DNA from: Octopus bimaculoides
Lineage: Eukaryota
NCBI RefSeq assembly: GCF_001194135.2
Contig: NC_068992.1
Coordinates: forward strand, 65,515,133 to 65,579,132
Direction of reading: 5' to 3'
DNA length: 64,000 nt
A model generated the notes under the pieces. It saw only the letters and a list, made by a program, of their open reading frames with translations, made no database searches and was not told the origin of the DNA. Positions 40,601 to 53,649 of this stretch are shown one piece after another (position 1 is the stretch's first letter; each line of letters begins with the position of its first letter). A program made the position numbers and the translations under genes.

Positions 40601-41401
40601 CGCTTTGCCTACGTACACTTAAATATATATTTTATAAATATCATTAATCATTTTGGAATTACTGATATCACTAATTGTTAGGTTCCTTATTTACCATTAA
40701 TATTTTTACTAAATTTGAAACTGAATTAATTTAATCCTTATTAGAACCAGACTTTATATCTATATTTTTATAGAATATAACATATAATATCTTTCCTAAA
40801 TATACTTATTCCTAACATATGCATAATATATGTAAATGGTTATATTCCAACAATCATTCAATCTTATTTCTTTCGTAATATATGTAAATAGCATCTCCCT
40901 ACCTATAAATTTCTTGCATATTCGTTATTTCTTTCTTACTTTTCCAGAGTAAATTTTATTAAAATTCATATTTGTTTAGTTAACTTTAAACATCAATACT
41001 CGGTTTAACTACTAAATAGTTCTAATCTACCGTAGCAAAAAAAAATCGATCATAAATCATAAATATAAATACTCCGTTTTGCTTCATATTACGTAATACG
41101 TTATTCCTAATTCTAATGAAACAATCTCCAAATTACTTATCTATTTAGTTATTAATTAATAATTGCAAATATATTAAGCTATATTATAATAAATACCCAA
41201 ATACATGCTTCCATATATTCTACTACATTTTATTTCACTGTATTATATTTTTATTTTTTTCTGTTCACCCTCTTGTTCAACTTTTTTTTATCTGACTTTT
41301 TAATCGATCAGTTCTAAATATTAAACTTCCCATAACATAACCCCAACAACTTAACCTTTCTGATAATAAATATAAAAATAAATATATACCTTAGAGAGTG
41401 A

Positions 41402-41466
<65 letters not shown>

Positions 41467-41502
41467 CTCTGAGAGAGATATAAACAGTAGCAGTACGGCA
41501 CC

Positions 41503-41595
41503 GTCCTATACTGGACAGAGCTACTAATGCTTATAGCCCCGGAAGACATCACTTCAGCTGGCTATAAACATCAGTAGCACTGTCCTGTATAGGAC
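41503..41595. other. 93-nt near-perfect inverted repeat (hairpin or tiny MITE)
   Basis: Arms 41503-41538 and 41560-41595 pair at 32/36 positions (34/36 with G-U pairs on the minus strand) around a 21-nt loop. Confidence 0.85.
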
Positions 41596-42665
41596 ACCTC
41601 ACTTAGTTGGCAAAGGTAAAATGCACACACATAGATAAATGATAGGAAGACATAGTAAGATAAAGAGAGAAACAGAGACAGACTTGAAATAGTTAGACGA
41701 TTTATAAGAAAAACAATAGAAAGTCACCTCGCCAGAAAGACACAACCAAAATATGAGACAGGCTGCTGTTGGTGCACACACCGATGCACCTATATTCCCA
41801 CATGCAACTACGTGCACATTATTAGATAAATATGAAAACAAAAAGAGGGAGAGTTTCTCTCTTTGTCTATAGGTAATAGATCAGTAAGAATAAGTCTATT
41901 TAGTCTAATACATTACGCGTCAGCCAAAGAATCGATTGAAATACAATAAGTGACTGCACCCATGTGCATTTATATGGTATCTGCAACTGATATGAGTGCA
42001 TCCTACATTAAATTAATTTATGAGTGTGTATTGTATTTAGAGCTCTGTCTGACTTTTCTGTAATATTTTTTTCTATTTTTTTCTGCTGTGTACCTATTTA
42101 ATTATGTCTGTATTGTTTTTCTTTTATTATATATGTGTGCACGTATATATGTGTATTCAAATATATATACATATATAAATATACATATGAATAAATACAT
42201 ACACATGCATGCAGAGTAAGAGAGAGAGAAATACATATGTATGTACATATATATATTATATACAACATCTAATTATATATATATACATGGTGTATGTATG
42301 TATGCATTTGTGTGTACGTATATATATATATATATATATATAGCAATGTTAATTCTCTAAATGAAGTATTAACAGTAACTGCACGATAAAGTGGCAATAT
42401 ACTACACTATATATATATATATANNNNNNNNNNNNNNNNNNNNNNNNNNNNNNNNNNNNNNNNNNNNNNNNNNNNNNNNNNNNNNNNNNNNNNNNNNNNN
42501 NNNNNNNNNNNNNNNNNNNNNNNNNNNNNNNNNNNNNNNNNNNNNNNNNNNNNNNNNNNNNNNNNNNNNNNNNNNNNNNNNNNNNNNNNNNNNNNNNNNN
42601 NNNNNNNNNNNNNNNNNNNNNNNNNNNNNNNNNNNNNNNNNNNNNNNNNNNNNNNNAGAAATATA

Positions 42666-42714
<49 letters not shown>

Positions 42715-42797
42715 CAAAATGGGACAAGAACGCAAAACATCCATACAGTCGAGTTCCAGATTATCTTTTCAATTTCGTATATATATACATATGCAAC

Positions 42798-42959
42798 GAG
42801 CTTCTTTAAGTTCCCGTCTACTAAACCCACTCACAAGGACTTGGTTGGCCGGAGGCTATAGTAGAAGACTTGCCAAGGTACCACGCAGTAGGACTGAACC
42901 TGGAACCACGTGGTTGAGTTGGGAAGCGAGCCTCTTACCACACAGCTACTCCTGCGCCT
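42798..42959 (-). mobile_element. SINE family S, head and body
   Basis: Reverse complement of ggcgcaggagtagctgtgtggtaag...ggttcagtcctactgcgtggtaccttggcaagtcttctactatagcctccggccaaccaagtccttgtgagtgggtttagtagacgggaac. Confidence 0.9.
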
Positions 42960-44406
42960 ATGTGAGTGTATTTGGAGGGGGAGAGGTATCACATGATGTT
43001 CATCCTTTATATCTCTGAAGATGACCAGATTAGCATGTCTGTGTGCCTGAGGTGGGTTCGTAGACCAATATTTACATAAAATCCTCATTTACTTTGGGGG
43101 CACGTAATAGCAGATTAAGGAACTGGTGCGATAATTGCTTTCTCTCTTCATTTCTGATTCTGATAACTGTACTCCAAAGCACTTAATCAAATCTGTGACA
43201 TTGCACCAGTTGTTCTCAGGTAGACTATTCCCAATTGCACTTTTTCAAGTTCGTCTTGGGAATCATTCTGTATCTTCTGTTTGGTCCACCCACTGACCCC
43301 CCCCCTACTTTATACCATTTACCGCGCTTCTATGCTTATTGATTAAACTATGATCAGCATCAGTGTTTAGCACATTTGCAGAAATAATTTTGGCCATTCT
43401 AAATACCTTCACGTACATTCAAATCAAGATAAAGTTTTATAACAGGTACGTTTCAGATGTAGTAGTGTAGATATTTATATTTTGTAGTTTATGAAACTTA
43501 TGTGTAGTATATATNNNNNNNNNNNNNNNNNNNNNNNNNNNNNNNNNNNNNNNNNNNNNNNNNNNNNNNNNNNNNNNNNNNNNNNNNNNNNNNNNNNNNN
43601 NNNNNNNNNNNNNNNNNNNNNNNNNNNNNNNNNNNNNNNNNNNNNNNNNNNNNNNNNNNNNNNNNNNNNNNNNNNNNNNNNNNNNNNNNNNNNNNNNNNN
43701 NNNNNNNNNNNNNNNNNNNNNNNNNNNNNNNNNNNNNNNNNNNNNNNNNNNNNNNNNNNNNNNNNNNNNNNNNNNNNNNNNNNNNNNNNNNNNNNNNNNN
43801 NNNNNNNNNNNNNNNNNNNNNNNNNNNNNNNNNNNNNNNNNNNNNNNNNNNNNNNNNNNNNNNNNNNNNNNNNNNNNNNNNNNNNNNNNNNNNNNNNNNN
43901 NNNNNNNNNNNNNNNNNNNNNNNNNNNNNNNNNNNNNNNNNNNNNNNNNNNNNNNNNNNNNNNNNNNNNNNNNNNNNNNNNNNNNNNNNNNNNNNNNNNN
44001 NNNNNNNNNNNNNNNNNNNNNNNNNNNNNNNNNNNNNNNNNNNNNNNNNNNNNNNNNNNNNNNNNNNNNNNNNNNNNNNNNNNNNNNNNNNNNNNNNNNN
44101 NNNNNNNNNNNNNNNNNNNNNNNNNNNNNNNNNNNNNNNNNNNNNNNNNNNNNNNNNNNNNNNNNNNNNNNNNNNNNNNNNNNNNNNNNNNNNNNNNNNN
44201 NNNNNNNNNNNNNNNNNNNNNNNNNNNNNNNNNNNNNNNNNNNNNNNNNNNNNNNNNNNNNNNNNNNNNNNNNNNGTGTGTGTGCAAATGTACAAATACA
44301 TATAGATGGTAACACAAAAAACTAGGAAAGCAACTGAAAAATCACTCCAACCACTATACACTCACCTACTCTGTTTTGCCATGCTTCTATTTTCCTTTCT
44401 CTATAC

Positions 44407-44465
<59 letters not shown>

Positions 44466-44723
44466 GTATATGTGTGTGTATGTATATATGTGTGTGCGTG
44501 CATGCACGTACACATACATCGGTCCGCCATACCCACACATCCCATGTTGTTGTTGTTGTTTTTCGATAATCGTGTTGTTTGTATGCTACATTTTAATACC
44601 GTGTAAATTGTTATTTTTTTGTGCTTTTTATTCATGATGCATCTTCATTGTTTTCCTCCCATATCGATTGTGACGATTCTTTGCTATTGTGCTAGTCGCT
44701 ACGTACACACACATATACATACA

Positions 44724-44754
<31 letters not shown>

Positions 44755-45510
44755 GGAAGCTCTTACGCAGAATATTGTGGAAGTGAAAGGCTGCACCACC
44801 CACCTCCAACACCGAGATTCCACCTCACTGACGAATAAAACTATAATCAACGAAGAAAAGCCATGCATTCATAGTGAGACACAAAAAGACTTTTAGTCTC
44901 TAAACTTAACACGTAAAACATACAATGTTGATAGGTGGCACCTGCTAGTGTCTTTCCCATTTACAATAGACTTTCTTTCTTGCTCTCTCTGTAATATATA
45001 CCACACAGGGTGTTCTAAAAGTATTTCAGATTTCTCACAAAAATAAACACAATGCTGCACGCATTCCGTGTTTAGATTCCTCGATGGTGGAAGACATATT
45101 TTCCCTAAAATTGATTTCTATATCTCCTGAATCTGAATGCTTCAAGAACATGGAGCTAGACATACATACATACATACATATATGTGTGTGGGCCTTTGTG
45201 TATTATATACGACATGGAATGTCTTGATAGCTAAATAGCTTGCTGAAAACTTTATTAACAGTAAATCGTTTTCTGTGACTCGAACAATAAAAGTTTTACT
45301 GACCGCACAGATTCTCTAAATATAAATTTATATACAACAGTGAGAAGATAAATCAAACACCCATTTGTTACATAGTCTGAGAGGGAAAAGTCTATAAATA
45401 CACACACACACACATACATGCATATGTTTGTATGTATATATACATTTAAACACAGAAACTTCAGTATGACCAGTAAAATTATTTGGGAAAACAAAGCAGA
45501 GAAAAGAGCA

Positions 45511-45620
45511 GGGATAGCATGACCGAATAGTTAAGAAGCTCACTTTGTAATTAGGAGGTTCTGGGTTCGAGTAACCTGTGTGAGGCTGTTTGCTATTTTG
45601 GGCTAATCTCATTTTCTTCT
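45511..45620 (+). mobile_element. tRNA-like SINE head, degenerate
   Basis: A-box-like tgaccgaatagtt and B-box gggttcgagt, with no cloverleaf acceptor stem. Confidence 0.5.
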
Positions 45621-46165
45621 CCTTGGGTCACCACACTGAACAAACTCTCAGAGCAATACTTCACTACTTCTTGTATTTCTGTTACACGGAAGTATTAAAC
45701 TGGACCCGATTCCAGATATTTACACCATTACATAACATATGTCGTGATTGAGCTGTGTTGCTGCTGATGCTGTTTAAATCCATGTCAAAGGTCAAACATG
45801 ATTGTGCAGACCAATGATTAATGCCATGTAACTTCAATCTAATTTACTTGTCTCTTTAATAGTATCTAAATTTCATTAACCGGAATGAGATTTCCTAACG
45901 TTAGAACAATGCCTCTTGAAATACCATGGGTTACTAGACGTCTTATTTTTGTATGGGGACAAGAGAAAAAGGGGTTGTAAATACGTAGCAGATACAATTG
46001 GTGGATCAAATACTTTTGTTCAGTCTGTAAATCACCCGGTAATCGTTATTGACCGCAAGTAGATCTTCTAAGAAGGTTTCCCATGTAATTTTCTAAATAG
46101 ACTTTTCCATGTAATTCGAAAGGTACGACCGTGGCATGCCCTATGCCACGTTGATTCCACCTCAG

Positions 46166-46340
46166 TATTGCGTTAATTGGTCCACGTGGTTGTGGACTAC
46201 TCAGCCACGTACATATAAATTTAGGAGCAAATAATTCGATTGATCGAACAACTGAATCGCTATTGCTCAACGACGAAGATCCACCTCCATATTCAAAACA
46301 ATTAACAGCGAATGAAATTAAAGCTTTGGAAATGTATTAA
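46166..46340 (+). CDS. Candidate terminal coding exon (phase 2) ending in a PY motif; parent gene unknown
   Basis: Acceptor ttgattccacctcag, then 57 open codons IALIGPRGCGLLSHVHINLGANNSIDRTTESLLLNDEDPPPYSKQLTANEIKALEMY*, with AATAAA about 25 nt after the stop. No upstream exon was linked and no homology was recognised. Confidence 0.35.
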
Positions 46341-46778
46341 TGAAATGGGACGTTATAAAACATAGAATAAAATCCCAGCTAATCAAAACTGCTGCCATAC
46401 ATCTTAGAGTTTTGCTTGATACAAGCCATCTTTACTTAAAGCTGTTGATACCCGATAAAAAGCGTAGGTGCTTTGATATCTCAAATCTCCCTCCCCATAA
46501 ATTATACAGCTTTTTGTGCATCGTCAAAAAACTATCGATGTAAAAACGCCTGTTGTTGTTAAATATCAATTAAAACAAATATAATAAAGAGAGAAATGCA
46601 GTATTGCTTCGGAAAAAAAAAAACCAATCGGTTATCACTAAACACGTGGAGAGAGAATCATTTGTTGGTTCTTTAATGATAATTAATGCTTACGTAACTA
46701 GTTTCTTTCTGAAGAATAAATGACAGTCTTTCGAGATGATGCGAGAGTCTTGCTCTTTGTTTATGCTTCTCCTTTACA

Positions 46779-46840
<62 letters not shown>

Positions 46841-46936
46841 NNNNNNNNNNNNNNNNNNTCTCTTTCTCTCTCTTTCTCTCTCTCTCTTCTCTCTCTCACA
46901 CACGCTCTCTCTTTCTCTCTATTTGTCTCCGTTTAA

Positions 46937-46986
<50 letters not shown>

Positions 46987-47334
46987 CATATATGAATATA
47001 TATATATACATATATACATATGTTATATCTGAATATATATATATACATATACATATATACATATGTTATATATGCATATATTATATATATTTATTTTTTA
47101 ATGTATGTATGAATGTATGTAAAGCGCACAAACATACCGATGCGTATATACCCAGACATTCAGTTTCAACACTTTGAACATGACAACGTATAGTTTGACG
47201 TGTGTTCATGTTAGTAAAGTAAATATTACGATCGGTTTTAACATAACATCACCACCAACAACATCACCACTATCACCCACCATCACCATACATCTTGTGA
47301 TATCAAACACAGTCTTTACAGACATTAAAGGGAA

Positions 47335-47400
47335 AGAGAGAGAAAGAAAGAAAGAAACAAACAAACAAACAAACAAAGAAAGAAAGAAGAAAGAAAGGGA

Positions 47401-47450
<50 letters not shown>

Positions 47451-47456
47451 AATGGA

Positions 47457-47489
<33 letters not shown>

Positions 47490-47492
47490 GGA

Positions 47493-47566
<74 letters not shown>

Positions 47567-47630
47567 AATATAGAAATAAAGAAAGAAAGAAAGAAAGGGA
47601 AGGATGGAGAGGGGAAGAAGGAAGGAAAGG
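47335..47630. repeat. (AAAG)n/(AAAC)n tract
   Basis: Directly visible. It is the source of the KKERKKER ORFs. Confidence 0.97.
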
Positions 47631-49040
47631 AATTGAAAGAGATCCACTCTGACTCTCCTCATCCGTTCTTATCCAATTGTTGTCAACAACAAACACCGTA
47701 TCTTTTTCTTGTTTTTTCTTTGTTTCCTTCACAAGATGTCGAATATTTTTCTAATGATATTTATGTCAACTCAGTTAATGCATAAGGACGGCATCCGATG
47801 TTTCAATCCATCACAGAATTTGTTGTTTCACAGACACAGCGACTATTTTTGTTTTGTTTTGTTCCTCAACGTCATACTTTTCGCCATAACTCAATCTTAG
47901 TAACATGGCCGCCAGACATGATTTGGCTTAAAAGCGAGTCTCGTTGACAAGAAACCACAGAAGCAAATTGAAGACTTTAAAAAAATACCATTGCTGGATT
48001 TATTGAAGTAAAATTATTACATCATTTACGAAATATGCTTTCTTGGATGTTATAATGTAAAGCTGGAACATCACGTGGCAACCAGATCTGAACAACAACT
48101 TCAACAAAATTCACAATTACAAAGGATTAGTATCACTTACAATGAGAACAATATACTAGAAATAGCAGCCGAAGCTCACTCAAATCTCACCCTACTCTCA
48201 TGAAATGAAAATAACACAACAGAGTCTATATAGACCTATATGTCATTAAATAGACGGGTTCGTCATGGTTAGAATACTGAAGATTAAAGGAAGCTTCTGT
48301 CTGGATTGGTCTGCGGCCGACTAAGCAACAACCGCAAACCGGGTTTGTGTAGGGTCCTCTTAGAAATAACAGCCAAATTGCTTCCTCAAATCACATTAAT
48401 AATTGGAAGATGACGTTGGTCAATATAGTCCTTGATACACTAAGCCGGAAGTTTTACAAAATGAAACGGATACACCTGATTTCTTTCCATCATAGCTAAA
48501 CTTGACCTGGAGTTAAACTACTACTACAACTGCACCTCTAACAACTTCATGAACAGCTGCAACAACATCAACTGCAGCAGCAATAACAAAAACTACAACA
48601 ACTGTAATATTATTCAATTATTTGCATTATGTTTAAGTTTGAATATAAACATAGTGAAGCTCCAACATGACCGTCAGTTCACTCGTTTGACCACTTTGAA
48701 CATTTTTATACACTCCTCGGAACTGTGCAAATTTCATGTCTCATAAAGGATTTTTAGTTTGATGTTTAAATATATCTTCATTTACATTATTCCATCATTT
48801 TAGATATTTCGATTATGTCTCTGGTATCGTTCCATAGTTAAAGTTGTTTAAAGTGTAATACTGCAACTCGCATCATGACAAGATGTGTGAAAAATATGTT
48901 TTCTTTCTTTTTGCTTCTATCTCTTCTCAAGAGAAAAGAACAAAGTTTACAACCAGAATATAAACAGCAAACACGGTTATCTACAGATTACGCGGCTTTT
49001 CTAGACACTCCTGCAGCGCACAATATTCCTGTCCATTCAA

Positions 49041-49172
49041 GGTGGCAAGTTGGCAGAAACGTTAGCACGCCGGGCGAAATGCTTAGCGGTATTTCGTCTG
49101 CCATTACGTTCTGAGTTCAAATTCAGCTGAGGTCGACTTTTCGGGCCTTGTGCCTAGAGCAGAAAAAAATAT
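49041..49172 (+). mobile_element. SINE family M with internal deletion of the core
   Basis: A well-preserved head (tggcagaaacgttagcacgccgggcgaaatgcttagcggtatttcgtctgcc..gttcaaattc..ggtcgacttt) is joined almost directly to the tail (ggccttgtgcct). Confidence 0.88.
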
Positions 49173-49529
49173 TCATATCTATTCCTTTAACAGTCGCTTA
49201 TGTTTTGAGTTCAACTCCTACCAGGGTTAACTTCTTTTTTCTCTTTCTTTTCATTCTTGCAGAATCGACAAAAACATAGCTCCAGTCACATCGTAGGGCC
49301 TATATTATAGACTGACCATCTAACATCAATTTTCCTGCATTGCACCTCTGTAAGAACATTTTTGTGTGCTATTATATATTTGACTTAAATTCGAGGGGTT
49401 AGATCAGTTTTTCTCCCCTTTAGTTACTATTTTATTTTGGTCGACCCCCATATAGACATTTCTATAGATACTTCTACACAGTTCCTATTTTGTTATTCAC
49501 ATATAAAACTTGCACGGGTTGAATTATGT

Positions 49530-49871
49530 AAAATGTTTCAGAAATTGACCATGCATTCTTTTCTTTACCCGCCTATTTTCAGTTTCATTCGTTTTCAATT
49601 GCTTGTACAGTGCTTTATCTTTGCAATCTTTCATCCTACACAAACCTAACCTTCTTACTTCTAATAATAGCGGTTCTGTGGCATTTTTTTACATACCATG
49701 CTATGTTGTTTTCTTCTGCTCTAATGCTGTGTTCGTATCCAATAAGTCCTCTTACCCCTCTTTTTCTTGGTACATACAGTCTATTTGTGTCCATTTTTGG
49801 GTGGAGTGCCCCATATTAAGTTAGCAACTTCCTTGTATTTCTGTCTAAGCTGTTTAGTTCGTCTACTGTAC
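49530..49871 (-). mobile_element. R4/Dong LINE internal fragment (RT C-terminal region)
   Basis: TVDELNSLDRNTRKLLT*YGALHPKMDTNRLYVPRKRGVRGLIGYEHSIRAEENNIAWYVKK, then after a frameshift ATEPLLLEVRRLG...KKRMHGQF. This carries the LDRKTRK..LHP..D.DRLY.PRK.GGRGL signature. Confidence 0.9.
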
Positions 49872-49903
49872 ATTATTATTATTGTTGTTGTTGTGATTAT
49901 TAA

Positions 49904-50096
49904 GGCGGCGAGCTGGCAGAATCGTTAGGACGCCATTTTGTTTGCCTTTACGTTCTGCGTTCAAATTCCGCCGAGGTTGATTTTGCCGTTGATTCTTTCG
50001 GGGTCGATGAAATAAGTACCAGTTGTGCATTGACGTCGATATAATCGACTTACAACTATCCCTGAACATGCTGGCCCTGTGCCAAAATTTTAAATC
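49904..50096 (+). mobile_element. SINE family M
   Basis: ggcggcgagctggcagaatcgttag (A-box), gttcaaattccgccgagg (B-box), core ctttcggggtcgatgaaataagtaccag and tail ggccctgtgccaaaa. Confidence 0.92.
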
Positions 50097-51045
50097 GCTT
50101 TTTTGTTGTTGTTGTTGTTGTTGTTGCTGCTGCTGCTATGTACATATGTAGATGTTGAAGAATATCATTAAAGTCTTTTTTGGTTTGATTATCATTTGTA
50201 CCAATTACACGTGGGAAGATTGCAACAGTTCCCAACAGACAATATTTTTCATTCAACATTTCCATAGATCTAATATCTTGACTAATCAGCTCTCCTCATC
50301 ACTTAATTTAGTGTTGCTCTGCCGCTTCTTAGAACACTATTGTCATTTCAGTCAAACAAAATCATGTCCGGCGTCTCATGCTCTGTCCCTGTGGTCTGCG
50401 TCGGTGCGAAAATTCCATAGAATGTTCTTTAAAATCCCGATTATTTCTCAATATTCTTAAAATATATACGAGTCTCTTCTATGTAGTCAAGTGTTTTGCA
50501 AGAAATACCAAGCAAATTCTGGAAGACTCGTAATTTTAGATGGACAATCGTGGTGGGAAAATACGATCAATGATGGCATAGATACAAACTGCCACAGCGA
50601 ATGGAAACAAATCGATCTACTTCATCTTCCACTTGCAGTAATAGGCTTTGTATCTAAAGAATCAATCATTTCTATCATATTTATGTATAAATATTTCCAG
50701 TTTTGTGTGTGTGTGCTTTCAAGAAATAAAATGTGAAAATTCTTCTTTTTTTTTTTTAATATTACTAAGAGAATTAACGAAACCCTATCATGAGTTTCTC
50801 AGTCGGCTCTTAGTATATCGTGGAACAGCAATTTAGAGATCCTTCGTCATCGAAGGACGGGATGACCTAGTGATCGATACTTGTTATGGATTGAATCTGC
50901 ATTGATTTGTTGCACAGCAATACGAATTCGTAGCTCTCAGTCATGTGTTTAGCCATATACAAACATTCTACCGATAACGAACCCTCATCTTTGGATATAA
51001 TTTCTTTATTAACTGCTATAAGTTGCTCAAATTTCATATATTGAT

Positions 51046-51255
51046 TTCAAGTTTTAGCACAAGGCCAGCAATTCCAGGGAGCGTGTAAGTCGATTACATC
51101 AACCCCAATGAACAGCTGGTGCTTATTTCATGACCCCGAAGATATGAAAGACAAAGTTCACCTCGTCAGAATTTCAGCTCCGAACGTACAGACGGATGAA
51201 ATGCCACTACTAAACATTTTCTCCGGCGTGATAATGGATCTGCCAACTCGCCGCC
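51046..51255 (-). mobile_element. SINE family M, full length, with a 20-bp target-site duplication
   Basis: ctcaaatttcatatattgat occurs identically at 51026-51045 and 51256-51275, flanking head-to-tail SINE sequence. Confidence 0.95.
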
Positions 51256-52824
51256 CTCAAATTTCATATATTGATAAACTAAATCCTCTATAGTCACTCT
51301 TCGCGTTGTTCATCCTAGCAGGGATTATATGACGCCATTCACGTCTTGACCGAAGAATGCCTCAGGCTGTTCGATACCAATAGAAGGATACAGGTTGGTC
51401 ATGGATATGACACCACTCTTGAGAGCAATATGTACAGATGGATGATTACTTACTGAAAGCCGGACACGGACAGAGCTGGTTGCGCAGTTAGAGCACAGTC
51501 ATAGCTGTGTAGCTTCCCTAGACACGAAGGGAATGTGCTGCCACCTGGCAGCATATTGCGATCGTGTGTGTCTACTATAATTTCGGGTGGACAAAAATTT
51601 TGTGGATGAAATTTGTTAGACGGTAACTTTTTGGAAGCATGTCATGGAAAGGTGACCATTTCTTCTCTTGGATAGTAGAGTTTATCCACCTCCCGGTTTA
51701 TCTCTGCCACCTGGTCTTTGAATCGGTGTTTTCTTACCTCTTCAAACTGATCTCTGTCAGAAACGTATGTTAATACAGCCAATTATTTAGTCTTTTCGTT
51801 TTGCCACTGCCAAAGCCTTTCTAATATAAATATATAAATATAGAGTTACATGTTTTTAGGTAGAGTGTGCGTCTATTACGTCTGTTCCATTATTTTACTC
51901 AGAGCTATTTTATCAAATGCATAAAGATAAAGGAAAGGCGACATGTGTTATTTAATAGAAAGCAGAACGTTAATAACAGAGCGTTCAGTTACGTAACATA
52001 ATACGCCAATGAAATTTTCCTCGTTTTTCTAATTCTGTAATCGACGACCGTAATGGGTTCCTACATTAGCACAACACAAATTTTAATATGAAATTATGAC
52101 TGAGTAAGTCAACCCCCACGACTTGACTACCATTTATTTTCTCGAACCCTTAAAGGGAAACGGTAACGTCAATCTTGCTGAGATTCGAAATCAAATATTC
52201 ATTTACGATTTGCACGTAAAAACCTCATATCTAAGTGAGATTACAGTCGGTTAAGCAAACCCCACTGCTTCGTTTATCGCCGATATTTCCTTTAACGACT
52301 CTGGCAGAATAAAACGTCAAGTGGTTCTCGACTCAATCAAAGTTCAGAACTTTCAACGAAGTCAGTATCGATTTACAATAGCCACAGAACTTAAAACCTG
52401 TGCGGTGGATAATACTCAGCTAAATCCATCCTAGTACTTGACTCAAAAGGTAAAAGGTTACAACTGCATGGCATCTACCATTTTATTCTATGAGTAACCA
52501 ATTCTAAAGAGCAGCCACTCCACAATGACAATATTTCATATTTCATTAGCCAACAGAGTCCAAGATGGGGGAGAGAGTAGATGCAGCGGGGTGGGTGGGG
52601 GTTATGCTGATGGAGAGTAAGCCTGACGAAATCAGCAGCAGCAATACATAACAGGAATTCTGAGACGCGTTGGCCGCGTATTTGGGTTGTGGGAGTGACG
52701 GGTTAAGGAACACTCAAGAATACCACTACTAGTGTATTACTGGTACTGGTTCAATTCGCACCGGAAGAGAATGAAAGATATCAGCTTTAGCGAATAATTG
52801 GGAGGAGGAGGAGGNNNNNNNNNN

Positions 52825-53072
52825 CCAAAAGATAGTGCTCATGGGAACTGCCCATATCCTACGTAAAATACTGTCTATGTGATCTCAAATTTTAAAGCAA
52901 ACATAATTTTCTTATGGTTTCTTAAACATTCACTTGAACAAAACTGTACAAATCCAAATATATGGTACCCTAGGCATAACACCTACATGAACTTCTAACT
53001 TGTTGTCTCTTGAGGTCTCTGGGTGAGACTTGGATCCAACTTGTACAAATGCAAAACAAAAGTTAAACATAA
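52825..53072 (+). mobile_element. R4/Dong LINE 3' end (family C)
   Basis: QKIVLMGTAHILRKILSM*, then a 3' UTR containing cttgaggtctctgggtgagacttgga and ending tgtacaaatgcaaaacaaaagttaaacataa, followed by (AAT)n. Confidence 0.9.
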
Positions 53073-53104
<32 letters not shown>

Positions 53105-53224
53105 TAATCTTGCTACTCAGGCCATTACACCTGATCTCGTGGTTAAACATCAGGTTGGCAAACTATGCCTGTTCAATGATATGTTAATCTCATTAGACTG
53201 TAACACTTTTGTAAAAACATTTGG

Positions 53225-53620
53225 AAAGTTAAGTAAATAAAAGGACCTTGAAATAGAAACCTGGGAAATGTGGCATCTGAGAACAACACGTGATCATCGA
53301 AACTTTGGGGACAGCACCAAATGGCGCTTTTAAACACTATGGTGAAATACCAGGAAAACCGCAAGGCATCAGAACTACGAATCATTGTCTTCAAGAGAAC
53401 TGTCCACATCTGATAAAAAACATTGTCAACCTGAAACCATTTGATTCTCTAAAGACCGTATCAAAATTTAAATATTACAAATTTCACAGAATCTTAGTTC
53501 TTAGATTCTGGCCTCCGTCGTTAATTATGAAGAACGTCATTGGTAAAATATCCAACCTGCTGTTACTTGAGGTCTCTGGGGTGAAACTTGGAACAACTCG
53601 TATAAAACAAAGCAACAATA
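53225..53620 (+). mobile_element. Older, degenerate family-C-like Dong 3' end
   Basis: KDLEIETWEMWHLRTT / VIIETLG / EIPGKP motifs and the same cttgaggtctctggggtgaaacttgga 3'-UTR motif. Confidence 0.75.
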
Positions 53621-53649
53621 ACGTAAAGGATAATAATGGTTACTGATAT

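Noticed and set aside
45004-45025. cagggtgttctaaaagt, a mariner-like TIR start
   Set aside because: No matching second TIR was found.
50491-50736. 81-aa ORF with DGQSWWENTINDG
   Set aside because: No domain recognised and no supporting donor or start context.
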